Positions 11,152-23,878 of a stretch of DNA of 64,000 nucleotides are shown piece after piece. The stretch covers positions 60,625 to 124,624 of the forward strand of contig RHPI01002090.1 in the NCBI GenBank assembly GCA_009103225.1, read 5' to 3'. The position numbers were made by a program, and so were the translations under genes. The first letter of the stretch is position 1, and every line of letters begins with the position of its first letter. Under the pieces are notes generated by a model. The model was not told the DNA's origin. It ran no database searches and saw only the letters and a program-made list of their open reading frames with translations. This DNA is from Chlorokybus atmophyticus (lineage: Eukaryota; Plantae; Mesostigma and Chlorokybus algae).

Positions 11152-11597
11152 CCGACTAACGTTACTGATACAGAACGGAAACGTTACGTCTGTCCATAAC
11201 CCGCTCTGCCAAAAGAATGCATGTAACGAGCACAGTTGATGGATTGTATTCTTGTATCCTACATCAAACGCGAAACTTTCACCTCTTACAACAGAAGATA
11301 GATATCTTTACCGTAGCGATATCCTCGGCGTCCTTGATATAGACGGCCTAGTCACGTGTGTTGTGCTCGCAGTGAAGTGTTTGCTGCCTGCTGTGTTTGG
11401 TCTTCTGCTCTGTCTGAGGGTTCTTCTCAGGGTTAGTCTCCCCAGGGGTTTCTCAGGTGGGGGCGGGGGGCGTGGAGTGGAGGGTGCTTGCGGCGGTAGC
11501 CATGGGGGTGCTTGCGGCGGAGAAGGAGTCGAGTCTGGGGTCGCTGGGGAGCGGAGGGGGCGGAGGAGGAGGAGGAGCAGGAGGAGGAGGTAATGCC

Positions 11598-14500
11598 ATG
11601 GGCGCTTACACCTTCGCCGCCGCACCCAAAGCCCTGCCCATGAAAGCGGGAAAGAGGAACAAGACGCCGCCAAACCCTCCACACCAGGTAGGAGCAGTGG
11701 AAAGACTGTGTTTTCAATCCAACGCCTTGTAATGGTATCTCAGCTTGGTGAAGTTATCAACAGTGCAACAGTCAACCCTACAGCACTGGGTTCACTAACA
11801 CTGTTGCCAAAAGCAGTGACGACACCCACTAGTGTGCGTGTACAAACGCATTGTTGATTGTGCGCTCGCACCCAGTCAAATCAGGGTTTCTGAGTAGGCT
11901 TACTGCAGCAGCCCTATGATTATGTCTTTATGGCGCGTTTGTGCTGCTTTGCACGCGTTTGATAGATAAGTCATTCTGCTAAAAGTTCTTGCATACAGAT
12001 ATGATATGCGCTATGGTATGACGTGAGTCAATGCCGTTGCTACCAATAGCAATGTGAGTACAATTTCACACTTCACAACCATCCAGGGTCCTGCGAGCGC
12101 AGGGGATGCCAATGCCGCGGCAATGAACATAATGTTCGACCGCCGCGTGGTCCGTGGCAACACCTACGCCACACAGGTAAAACTACCCTACCCCCACCCC
12201 CCACCCCCCTCCACAACCTATGCCCGCACTCCACCACACATACCCACATATACAACATCAGGTGCTGCCGGCCGTAGCGTTGGAGGCCGAGGCCACTCAG
12301 CGTTCTGTGGCGGGCAGCACCACGCAGTCCCTCGGCAAAAGCAAGAGCTTGAAGAAGCAGCAGAGTCAGTCGACGCCGAGGCGGGGTTCCCTCATCGCCG
12401 GTGACAACACCGAGCCTGTGCAGGGCCGCAAGCACATGGACGTGCAGACGGACGTGTACCTCGAGGAGCTGGTGGACCGGATCCCCGAGGCCGACGTGGA
12501 CACGCAGACCGACGAGTTCATGGACAGGCCGCCAACGCCGCTGTTCATCCCAACAAAGTCTGGTGTCGACGTGTACACGCAAGTATGTGGTCATTGTACT
12601 CATACAATATCCACAGGCACATACCCACACGCGCACACGCACACGTACACGCACGTTCACGTACACACATTGGCATGAACTTTTGCATGGTTGACTCGGT
12701 CAGATTGAGGAGGGTGACTTGTTCAACTTCGATCGTGAGGTGGAGCCGCTGCTTGAGGTGCTGGTCGGCAAGGCCCTGGAGCAGGGTCTGATGGAGGTGA
12801 TGGAGGAGGAGGAGCTCGCCAACCTGCGCGCGCACCAGGAACACTTTGAACAGGTGGGTGAGCCTCACTCACTCCGTTTCCTGCTTGCGTGTTTCAACGG
12901 ATGAAACTCAACAAACGTGTGTTGTGCACACAGGTTCGCAATGCGGAGCTTGTGGCCGCCCAAAGGCTCGAAGCTGCAGAGAGAAGGCGGATTGAGGAGA
13001 AAGAGAGACGTATTGCACAAGTACGTAATGGGCAATGCGTGTGACTCATGGGGTAAGCACTTTGTGACATGATTGTTGGTTTGCAGGAGAAGGCGCGTGT
13101 GGCAAAGGAGAAGGAGGTGCGCGAGAAGGTGGCCGCGCAGTCGTTCGCGCGGTCGTACCTGTCGGGCATGATGACTTCCGTCTTCAAGAACCTCTACTCG
13201 GCCGGCTTCTTCTACGACCCCGTCGAGAAAGAGGTGAGTAGATGCGTGCGTGCGTGCGTGCGTGTGTGCGTGCGTAAGTGGATGTGTGCATTGGCTCTCG
13301 CACGCTTGTGCATGTCCAAGTTCTTATGTGCTTGGGCTCATGCAATTGCATGCGTGTAGCAAGTCTGCATGGTTTCATGCATTCACAGCGACTTAAAAGC
13401 CATATACCACACAGAGATGCAAACCCACACGCCCCACGCGTGCAGGTCAAAGAGCACTTCATGCCTTGGCTGGTGTCTGCAGCCGCCGCCGACGCAGAGA
13501 GGGAACGCATTGCTCGCGCCGCAGTTGAGCAGCTGGTGAGTGGAAACACACTAACATCATCACCATCATCGCATTGAATTGCACAGATTGCAGAGCTGAG
13601 ACAGCAGCCACACGCACACGCACACGCACACGCATACGCACACAACTGCTCTGTGCAGATTGCGCATACGGTGAGGGTGGCAGAGGAGCAGCGGGCAGCG
13701 GCGGAGGTGAAGCGGGCGCGGGAGCGCACGGAGGAACTGGAACGCATCGCCGAAGCCACACGCAGGTGTAAATACAGTGCTTGTGATGATAATGACAACG
13801 ATGATGATGATGGTAATTGTCATCAGCATGGCTATGACCATGACAGCATTGAAGTTAATGCCAACATCTGACTGTGTGCAGGGAAGCGGAGGCTGCGCGT
13901 ATGGCCGTGCAGGAAAAGTGCGCGCTTGCTGGCAAGCTGCTCAGGCTCCTGTGTGAAAGAAGGTGTGTGCGTGCGTGCGTGTGTTGGCATGTGTGCTGAT
14001 GCGTGTGCGTTTCGGCGATGGTGACCACCTACTACTTGTTCACAACAAGCAAACTACGCTGCCTTGCCAATTCCAGGACCATATCGGAGGAGCAGTGCAC
14101 AGAGGCACGCAAAGGACTCGAAGCGCAGGCGCAAGCCCGCATTGATGAACGCGAACAAGCCCGACAGGTGCCGAGCGACACACACATAACTCACCACTTG
14201 CTGCTACAAGTGTTCTGTCCCCACACACACAACTTGCCCACTTACCAACAGGAGCAAATATCGGCATTCCGTGCAAGCGCGATGTCGGACGCCGAAGCGC
14301 GTGGAGAAGAGTACATCGAGGTGCCCGAGAGCGACATCCCCGTCAGCCTGCCTCCGCCGGCCGACACAGGTGTCGACCTCAACGACGAGGGCGCCGTCAA
14401 CAAAGCAGTGTTGCAGATATTGCTTGAGAAGGTGAGAGGTTACGAAGTTACTTGTTTGTTGGGTGTGGAGTGTGACGCCTGAAGGTTGTGTTGCAGGGCA

Positions 14501-14625
14501 CTGTGGTGCAGTCGGACTTGGTCGTGGCGCTGGCGCTGGACAATATTAATGGGAGCACTCAAAGAGAGAGTGGTGCTGGCGTGAGTGATGCGACTGTTAC
14601 AAGTTCAACTGCATTAGAATTGTGA
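11598..14625 (+). CDS. RSP3: Radial spoke protein 3 (flagellar axoneme), about 12 exons
   Basis: NIMFDRRVVRGNTYA, GRKHMDVQTDVYLEEL, TQTDEFMDRPPTPLFIPTKSGVDVYTQIEEGDLFNFDREVEPLLEVLVGKALEQGLMEVMEEEELANLRAHQEHFEQVRNAEL are diagnostic RSP3 motifs. GT-AG exon chain runs to TGA at 14623-14625. Confidence 0.92.
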
Positions 14626-16705
14626 ACTTCAGCAAGCCTAATGCAGTATCAATCAGTCTAGATTTGTAACTAGTGTGGTGCGCTGTCACCATCGTCAATG
14701 GCAAGCTCACTTATCCTCTTATCCTGTTTGAGGCCTTCTTGTCTTGTGGTGTGCGAACAACCACCACAACACAAGTGCGAGTGTTGACACATGCTTCCTT
14801 TGTCGAGCTATGCAGCTCGATGAATAGAACACATGCGTGCACTGTTTTCTGTATGTGTTTAGATTATGCAGCCAGCCCTCACACCCTGTTCTAATGTCAA
14901 CATCAGCCACATGCGAACTCTGATGCGTGTCAAGGCAGGTTGCCATTTTATGGAACACTGACCCATCATAGCGGCTGCCTGGCTGGTTTGCTAACGCGCA
15001 TTATGTGTTGTCGGTTGAATTGACTGCAGTTGTGTGCACGTGTGCGTCAATCACGCTAAAAACGAGTGTCAATTAAGGCGCTCTCCCTGGGCAACAGGTC
15101 ATTGAACACTATGTTGGCCATGCGTGCTCAATCTAATAACATCACACCAGTACAATGCCTGATCTAGAGGGGCCTAGAGTACAAGCAGGCACAATCATGC
15201 GCAAGAGTGCGCGCGTCAACACGCACTCGTCTCCCGTGACGAGTGGCCACTTCTGCGGAGCGAAGTTGAACCGCACAGCTAATACGTACTCTTCTGCGCA
15301 ATATTACGGGAAAGCCTTCAGCTTGTTGTAAAGCTTACCCCCGCAACCTTTGTCATGCACCTCCGTCATGATCTTGCTGGGCGGGTCAGCGAGCCGCATG
15401 TCCAATCGCTGCAACTCGCCATCTTCCACCGTGACAAGGAGGATAGCCAACACCACCTCCCGAGAAACAGCCTCCAGAGTCTTCCATGTCACAGGCGACA
15501 TTGTGCAATGGTAGTTACTGTCTCTGTTGTAGTGGCGGGCGTAGTAGCAGCGCCTTTTCCCGTTCCACTTCAAACTCCCCGTACGTTATGAGCAGGCTGG
15601 CTCCTTTTAGTTGCGGCATGCAAAAGGCCACATGCGTCATGTCAACTCGATGAGCTGGTCGCATGCGGTAGCATTCATGCGCTTGAGCCTTCAGCACTGA
15701 GGGAGAAGGCCACAATCTCTGGTCGTACTCCTCTTGCTCCGCTTCGACGGCGTCCCTCCACAGCTTGTTGATGCATTGCACGTGCGCAGTCTTTGGGAGG
15801 CAACACCTTTGTGATCAACTTGACCAGGTCGTGGCTCTTTAAAACAAGGGCTTGCGCTACCCCTGGTGCTTCACTCTGCATGCTGAGAGGAGAGTACACT
15901 GCAACGACAAAAGAAATGGCCACTGTGCGATTGTTTGATTCTAAGAGGCAAGCTTACAGCGAAAAGGACCACACATAGGCTTGTTTGCATGCAAAGAGTT
16001 GAATAAAGAACCGTAGCTGCTGTCACAGCAGTAGCAAGCAAGTGTGCCATGCAACTGTGACTCAGCATGACTGTGAGCACGCTGCTGTGCTCAATACTTG
16101 AACGACGGAGCATGCATGCATATCTGTGTCCAGCTAGCCCAGGCTTGTGCGTGTGTACGCATAATACGCACCTTGTCACTGTCATCCTGGCGCATACAAG
16201 CACAGCTACCTTGTCAGCCTCCAACTGACAAGGTTGCGGCAGCTGCAGGATGGTGGGTGAGGGCAGGCCGCTTGTTGCAGTTTTCTAGTCTCCTCCTGTC
16301 AAATGAATTAGGCCTGCAAGCAACAACCCAGTCCCGCTACCGCCACAGCCGCCGCCGGCGTTGCCTGCGTGCACCAGGCACGGCACCACGACCAAGTACG
16401 GTACAGCCGCCCGTTCTTGCTGGCTGTCGTCGTCGTCACTTGGCTAGTTGCATCAGGCCCCTAGGCTAAGGCTTAGGCCCTCTAGTGAACAAAGCTCTGA
16501 GTGGGTGGGTGATTATGCGTGTGGGACTGCCATGTGCGCTTGCATGTGTGGCATAAGTGTGAGCCGCATGAAAGGAGCATTCCATTAGATGTTTGCACCA
16601 GCAGGCTGTTAAACTGGCACGGAACGCAGCATGTGATCGCCGCTGCTTGCTCGGCGTAAAGTAGCGCACAATCGGCTTCGTAAAAATGCGGCTTCCACAT
16701 GCATC
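12953..16705 (+). repeat. Left arm of a large inverted segmental duplication
   Basis: Exons, introns and intergenic DNA are collinear with the reverse complement of 19539-23010. Confidence 0.9.
15168..15881 (-). pseudogene. F-box-like gene pseudogene (paralog of 20180-20917)
   Basis: Same start MQSEAPGVAQALV. 2-nt deletion at GCACG(TG)TGCAATG near 15780, a second frameshift near GEF/KWNG (about 15570) and a premature TAA at 15304-15306; homology continues past the stop. Confidence 0.85.
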
Positions 16706-17073
16706 GCGCTCTGCAAATGCTTCCTTTGCTGCTTGCTACTACCCCTTCCCTCTGCCCACACTCCTCCCCCAGTCTATAGCTAGTGCACTTAGCTATAGTT
16801 TACTAAGGCCCCCCACCCCGATGTTTTTGCCTTGCTTGTGCTGTATGATGTATGATCAAGCTTTGCTGTGTTGTGCTTGCTTGCTTGACTGATTGGCCCC
16901 AATCCATATGTCGTGTACTATGCATCTACACTACCATCCATGCCACACTTGATGGATTCGTGATTAGCGCAGTTCAGCCTTTTTTGTTGCGTAATGAAAC
17001 TATGGAACATGCCCGGTACATTGTGAAATTCATCTGGCATTCACATACCACAACATGTTGTATAATACATGTA

Positions 17074-18620
17074 CAGTCGTCGCAAAATGTTTCCCCTGCC
17101 GGCCGACTGAATATTGGCAACGGCCGTGCACCTGAGATGACTCATTTAGCCTGTCGACCTTCAGTCTACCGGCGATCTCGATACAGGGACCTGAGCATAA
17201 CGGCCGTCACCATTAGTTGGCGGCCGTCTGCATAAAGGGACTGACCCTAATTAATAGGTACCTGTCAGGTACTCAACAGTTAAGCAGAGGGGACTTGACC
17301 TAACTAACATGTACCTATCAGCCAGGTACCGGCGACTGTACGCTAACTGAGCGAAATTGTCAGGTACCTTAAGGTACCTACCGTTAATGAGGTGTACCTT
17401 CAAAGTTATCTGCTGGTACTGCTCAATCATGATTAGGTGTCACACGTGATTGTCGTCATCAGCTGTGCAAGAATGCGTGACAAATAATAAACCACAAAAA
17501 CATAAATAAATTACAATGTAATATACCAAGTTACTACTACTACTGCTAGTACAATTAGACTACCAATACTGCTACCACTACCACTACCACTACTGCTACT
17601 ACCTTCTTAGGTACTACTGCAAGTACTACCCTTGTACTGAGCTGCGGCTCCTGCACCGCCCGCTCCGGCTCCGCCGCCGCCGTTCCTTCTCCGCCGCCGC
17701 TGCCGCCGCCTGGCGTGATTTGGCCTAGCCTGACCTGGTCTGGCCTAGCCTGGCCTGGCCTGGCCGCCCTGAGGCAAGGAGGGTGGTTAGATGGCATGCG
17801 GTGTCGCACGTAGTACAACGTCAGACAGCAACCAAGCTCACCTACTGTTAGCCGTCGCCGCCGCCACCGCCGCCGTTGCCGCCGCCGCCGCCGCCATCAC
17901 CGCCGCCGCCGCCCACAACGCTCTGTTCAACTTGAAGCCGTTGAGCGTTTGATTGACTTGGGCAGCCAAAGTCATTCAAACGCGTTGTTGAAACGTGACT
18001 AGCAACGGCATTACCATATTATTATAATGGTCCAAAAGTACCAATGTCGCACTGGCACTGTTTGTACCATTGATATAGTACGGCGGCTGCATTGTACAAG
18101 CGTCTCGACTTGCCGGCCGGTACTACCGTTCCGACTTGCCGACCTTTAGAGACCGACGGTCCCTTGTATCATATTTGACACACAATAAGTAGGTCGCCGC
18201 CGCGTTAAGTGCACGACCGGCGATCGGCCGTCACTTATAAACGCAGTAAGGTCACCTGATAGGGATTAACGGTGGCTGGCTTGCCAAAGTAGGCAGGCCA
18301 TCACGCATACTTTTTGACGGTTAGGGTACGACCGACGGTCGGCCGTCACTGTATGAGACCCAAATTGACTTGACTGCTATACAGATAGGTCGCCATCGCG
18401 CAAATGGGACGACTGACAATCGGCCGTCACCTTAAAGTGAGGTGTTGCCGTCACAGGCAGGCCGCCGTCGATTGTACTTATCGGTCGACCGCTTGCCGTC
18501 GGTATATGTTGCTTGATAGTAACGGCCGTCCTAAAAAGTCCCTTTATGGACCAATCCGTTACGTCACGTAGGGTCAGGCACCTGTCAGTCTCTTGTCAAT
18601 TACTGTGTAAAATTCGCGAC
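17074..18620. mobile_element. Non-autonomous TIR-like element, copy 2 of the 5497-7890 family
   Basis: Begins TA|CAGTCGTCGCAAAATG (Tc1-like start). Subterminal motifs CATAAAGGGACT, ACGGCCGT and CAGGT(A/G)CCT recur in inverted orientation at 18520-18600, with a degenerate end AAATTCGCGACG. Confidence 0.55.
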
Positions 18621-19513
18621 GGTCTATCCCCCTCAAGAGCATACAGTTTATCCTCCGCTCCTATGCTCTTGACGTGGTAATTCTCCAGCGTCTAACAGCT
18701 AATATGCTATGGGATGTCAAGAGCATACACATGCTATTAACGCAATTATGCCCATTAAATTACGCCCATCACGTCACGCGTATCACGTTGCGCTCATTGC
18801 TCCATCACGTCGTTACGTTTACTGCGCATCGCACCTTACGAATCATCATGCGCTATTCATCACGCTGTATGCCACACTCATTACGCGCGACTCCCCCCAC
18901 CTTGAAGGATGCTCTCAAATTTAAGGGATACATGAAAAATTAACATGCTTCACGGTTAAGCATATTCTCTTTACCACCACTATTACCTATATTCCGTTTG
19001 GTAATGTCATTTTCTATGCTGTTAGCGGAGTTATTCTTTTGGAGTAAAGTCTTGTAGCGGGGGTAGACCAGCGATACAGTGTGCAGTATACCGACGGTAC
19101 CGTCTAAGCTCGTTATATCAATCACGTTCGTCTTTTGGCTTTTCATTCTATCAATTGAATTATCCTCTTGGTGCTTATAAGAACAAATATTCAATTATTG
19201 TGTGCATGATATATATTCCAATAGGGGTATGGAATTGATACATAGTCATTGATGGTTACATTATATTCGAAACTGTAAGATAACAAGTTTACGCTAATAA
19301 TAATAATGGAATAAGTATGCCTTAGCGAAGTATTTCCCCCCCGTTACAAGACTGAGCCCACTTCAAACTGTAAGCCTTCGCTTTAGTCTTATTACGTACG
19401 AGACTATTCCACTAACCGATGATATTTGCCTGCAAAACCATCGGTCTTTTGCAAATCTATGATCTTAACGGGGTTATTCTTTTAAACCGAAGTCCTTTAA
19501 CGGGGGCAGACTG
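18621..19513. mobile_element. MITE/non-autonomous Tc1-mariner(pogo)-like element, same family as 48817-50157
   Basis: Right end AACGGGGGCAGACTG|TA; left end GGTCTATCCCCCTCAAGAGCATAC. 19330-19513 aligns with 49610-49774; 18625-18800 aligns with 49777-49930 and with the reverse complement of 49060-49282. Confidence 0.65.
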
Positions 19514-20179
19514 TATTGCATGTACCGATAGTGTAGCAGATGCACGTGGCAGCCGCGTTTTGATGAAGTGTGCGCTACTCTACGCTGAGCAAGCATCAGC
19601 CAGCGCTCACATCGTGCTTATGTGCCAATTTGACAGCCTGCTGGTGCATGCGGGCAACGCCGGCGGCGGCTGTGGCGGTAGCGAGACTGGGTCGTTGCTT
19701 GCAGGCCTAATTCATCTGACAGGAGGGGACAACAAACTGCAACAAGCGGCCTGCCCTCAACCATCATCCTGCAGCCTGCCGGCTTGGAAGGTAAGGTAAG
19801 CTGCGCCATGCATGCGCCAGCGAGACAGTGACAGGGTGTGCATGTGTGCACATACATACACGCACAAGCCTGAGCTAACTTGACGTGATCACGCAAGTTC
19901 CATTAATTCAGATGTTAGCGCAGCAGCATGCCTCACAGTGCATAGCACAACAGCAGCTGCTGCCGCAGTTGCTTTGATGGTTCCATGGCACAGTGCATGT
20001 GGGATGACCAGTCCAAGTCTGTAAGGAGTCTCACAACAATTCACTTCTTGCTGCATGTAAACAATGAATCGTGTCAGTCGTTTGCGCTGTAAGCTTGCCT
20101 CTGTCCACCACGATGAACGAATCGCACAGTGGCCGTTTTGCTTTGTCCTTGCAATATCAGAATCTCTTCTCCTCTCAGA

Positions 20180-20917
20180 ATGCAGAGTGAAGCACCAGGG
20201 GTAGCGCAAGCCCTTGTTTTTGAGAGCCACGACCTGGTCAAGCTGATCATAAAGGAATTGTTTCCCAGAGACTGGGCACGTGTGCAATGCATCAACAAGC
20301 TTTGGAGGGACGCAGTTGAAGGGGAGCAAGAGGAGTACTACCAAAAACTGTGGCCTGTACCCGCAGCGCTAAAGAGTCAAGTGCACGGCTGCTACCGCAT
20401 GCGACCAATGCAGCGGGTTGATGACGTTACGCATGTGGCCTTTTGCATGGCGCAACTCAAGGGAGCCAACCTGCTCACCCCGTACGGGGAGTTTGGGGAG
20501 TGGAACGGGATAAAAGGATGCTGCTACGCTCGCCACTACAACAGAGACAACAACTGCATTTACACAATGTCGCCTGTGACAAGGGAGACTCTGCTGGCTT
20601 TCTCTCAGGAGGTGGTGTTGGCTATCTTCCTTCTCACATTGGAGGACGGCGAGTTGCAGCGCGTGGACACGCTCGCTGACACGCTCGGCAGAGTCAGGAC
20701 GGAGGTGTACGACAAGGGCTGCGGGGGTAAGGTTTACATCAAGCTGAGGGCTTTCCCAAAGGTTTATGCGGAAGAGTACGACACGGTGGAATTGCGGTTG
20801 GACTTCGCCCCGCTGAAGTGGCCACCCATCGCGAGCAGAGACAAGTGTGTGTTGACACGCGCGCGCTTGCACACGAATGTGCCTGCTTCTATCTTCGGTA
20901 TCTCCTCTGCACCATAG
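20180..20917 (+). CDS. Intronless-CDS F-box-like protein (245 aa) with unrecognised C-terminal domain
   Basis: Uninterrupted ORF from ATG 20180, preceded by a splice acceptor CTCTCAG. N-terminal SHDLVKLIIKELFPRDWARVQCINKLWRDAV fits the F-box pattern. The frame is also conserved in the pseudogenised paralog. Confidence 0.72.
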   Translation: MQSEAPGVAQALVFESHDLVKLIIKELFPRDWARVQCINKLWRDAVEGEQEEYYQKLWPVPAALKSQVHGCYRMRPMQRVDDVTHVAFCMAQLKGANLLTPYGEFGEWNGIKGCCYARHYNRDNNCIYTMSPVTRETLLAFSQEVVLAIFLLTLEDGELQRVDTLADTLGRVRTEVYDKGCGGKVYIKLRAFPKVYAEEYDTVELRLDFAPLKWPPIASRDKCVLTRARLHTNVPASIFGISSAP

Positions 20918-21419
20918 ATGTGCGTAATGTCATCTAAGCATGCATGGCCAATGTAATGTTCAATGACCTGTTGTTGCAGAGTGCTGTACATGACTCTTCT
21001 CTCGCTTAATTGACGCACACATGCACACAACTGCAGTCAGTGGAAATGCCAACACACGACGCGTCATCAGCAAACCAATCGGGTGGTTGTGACGATGGGT
21101 CAGTGTTCTAAGAATTGGCATCCTGCCTTGCTCGCGCAACAGAGTTCGCTTGTGGCTGATGTTGACATCAGAACAGGTTGTGAGGCTGGCTGCATGACCT
21201 AGACAGACTCAACAAAAAAAAAAAAGACTGGCAATTGTAGATTCGTTCACTGAGATGAACAGCTTGTGCATCACAGCAACTCGTGTTGCTGATGCACTGC
21301 AAGGCAAGAAGGCCTCAAACAGGATGAGAGGTGGGCTCACCTCCACTGTTGTCAGTGTACCAAACTACCTGCATAACCGGAGTCTTTGTTTCTGCACACT
21401 GCACTGGGCTTGCAACAGC

Positions 21420-23010
21420 TCACAATTCTCATGCAGCTGAACTTATAACAGTTGCATCGCTCACGCCAGCACCATTCTCTCCTTGAGTGCTCCCATCAAT
21501 GTTGTCCAGCACCAGCGCGACGACCAAGTCCGACCGCACCACAGTACCCTGCAACGCAAATTACACGTATCACACTCTCCACCCAACTAACAAGTAACTT
21601 CGTACACACTCTTACCTTCTCAAGCAGTACTTGCAGTACGGCTTTGTTGACGGCGCTCTTGTCGTTGAGGTCGACGCCCGTGTCGGCCAACGGAGGCAGG
21701 CTGACGGGGATGTCGCTCTCGCGCACCTCGACATACTTTTCGCGCCTCAGCGTCCGCCATCGCGCTCACCGGGAACGCTATGTGGAACGCTATGTGCTCC
21801 TGATGGCAGAGATGGACATTGTGTGAATGAGAATCTGCTGCTATATGCATACACAGTTACTACTCCCCACCTGTCGGGCTTGTTCGCGTTCATTGGTGCG
21901 GGCTTGCGCTTAAGCTTAAAGGCCTTTGCGTGCCTCTGTGCACTGCTCCTTCGATTGTCCTGGGAAGCAGAATGCAGTTGAGTCGTAAAAGAGGGGAGTA
22001 GTGTGTCACCATCATCGCCGAAACACATGCCTGCACACGTGCACTCGCACACACACACACACCTTTTTTCACAAAGGAGCCTGAGCAGCTTGTCGGCAAG
22101 CGCGCACTTCTCCTGCACGGCCATGCGCGCAGCCTTGCTTCCCTGCCAATGGTTGGTTGTTGTCATCATCAATTTCATCGTCGTCATGGTCACCACCATG
22201 ACCGACATCATCATCATCATCACAAGCACCATATTCACACCTGCGCGTGGCTTTGGCTATGCGTTCGAGTTTTTCCGTGCGCTCCCGTGCCCGTTTCAAC
22301 TCAGCCGCTGCCCGCTGCTCCTCAGCCACCCTCACCGTGTGCGTAATCTGCACACAGCACGCGCGTGCGTGTGTGTGCATGTGTGCAGTCTCATTCCATT
22401 CAACTTTGATATCATTTGCTTCCGCTCACCAGCCGCTCGACTGCGGCACAAGCGACGCGTTCCCTCTCTGCGTTGGCGGCGGCTGCAGCCAGCAGCCAAG
22501 GCATGAAGTGCTTGACCTGCATGCGTGGGGCGTGTGGGATTTGCATCTCTGTGTTGTATGTGTATTGTTGCAGTCGCGTTTGAGTCCATGAAAACCATGC
22601 AGACTTGATATAGACATGCGCATTTGCATATGCCCAAGCAAACAGGGACTTGCACGCAACGCCAGCTCCCACGCACACATTCACTCACGCACGCACGCAC
22701 ACGCACACACACACACCGCTTTCTCGACGGAGTTTCAGAACAAGCCGGCCGCGTAGAGGTTCTTGAAGAGGGAGGTCATCAAGCCCAACAGGTACGACCG
22801 CGCGAACGACTGCGCGGCCACCTTCGCGTGCACCTCCTTCTCCTTCGCCACACGCGCCTTCTCCTGCAAACCAACAACCATGTCACAACAATACCCGAGT
22901 GCGTACACATTGTGAGTCACACGCATAGCCTACTACAACATACTTTTGTGATACGTCTCTCTTTCTCCTCAATCCGCCTTCTCTCTGCGGCTTCAAGTCT
23001 TTGGCAGCCA
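21420..23010 (-). pseudogene. RSP3: 5'-truncated RSP3 pseudogene
   Basis: Contains homologues of RSP3 exons 5-12 only. 1-nt deletion at the start (GCCAAAGA vs GCCCAAAGG), TAC to TGA nonsense change in ...AGLF* (about 22735) and a frameshifting deletion near DAEAR (about 21735). Confidence 0.87.
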
Positions 23011-23878
23011 TGAGTTGTTGGCGTGATGGCTGCTGCGCGCGTGCGATGACGATGTTGTTGACTTAGGTAGTAGAAGCGCCCAACGCAAATCAGGCATCGA
23101 CCGGTCTCTGCTCATGCTGCTGTCAAGACTTGCACATTAATGCATGGCATGCTGTAGCCTCTCCTTGCAGCCTCGCATGCAGCCTGAGCGTACCTATTGC
23201 CACAACAGGTGCGTAAAGTGTGTGTGCTACTCTCCATATTTCTCAGCAAAGAGTTGAGACGTGAGGCATGCCCTCTGCATTAGTGCGCAATTGCCGATGT
23301 GATGGGTGCGCCAGTTCCAGTCTCAAACATTTAATCATGCAACATAATGACCGTACTGAATGCAAAATATGGCGTGTACTATGCGGGAAACAACTTGTGC
23401 TCGGTTGCATGCAAGCTGCAGGCAGTATTGTGTGCTTTGCGGCCGTCATCTGACCACTGCCGAAGCACAAATTCTGCCTGTATTGCTTGAAAGCACGCCA
23501 GCATACAAACCTGTACATGCTGATGAACAGGTTAGGTGGGCAATCTGACAGTGGAAGCCCTGCGTGGGGAGGGGGCGGCGGGCTGCCAGGCGGAGGAGGC
23601 TGAGAACATCGCCGCCGCCGCCGCCACTGTGATCTCTGTAGCAGGAGGCACGTCCTGCCCCGTATGATGCCTCGTCCCCCTTGTCGCCGGCATCGCTGGT
23701 CGCGCTCCCCGCCTCCACCGCCACCGCCGCCGCCAGGTCCATCGTCAACACGGCCCCCCACAACCTGCAGCAAAGAGTGTTCAAAGTGTTTGAATTGGGG
23801 CAAAGCTAAGCGGGGGGCTATGAAACAACAGAAGAAGATCTGAGGTGTGCATTGGGGCTTGCGGTCAGTCTGGTGCTC

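Larger units (their letters stand above)
19539..23010 (-). repeat. Right arm of the inverted segmental duplication
   Basis: Reverse complement of 12953-16705 with many substitutions and indels (about 12-13 differences in 130 nt of one exon, counted by eye). Confidence 0.9.
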
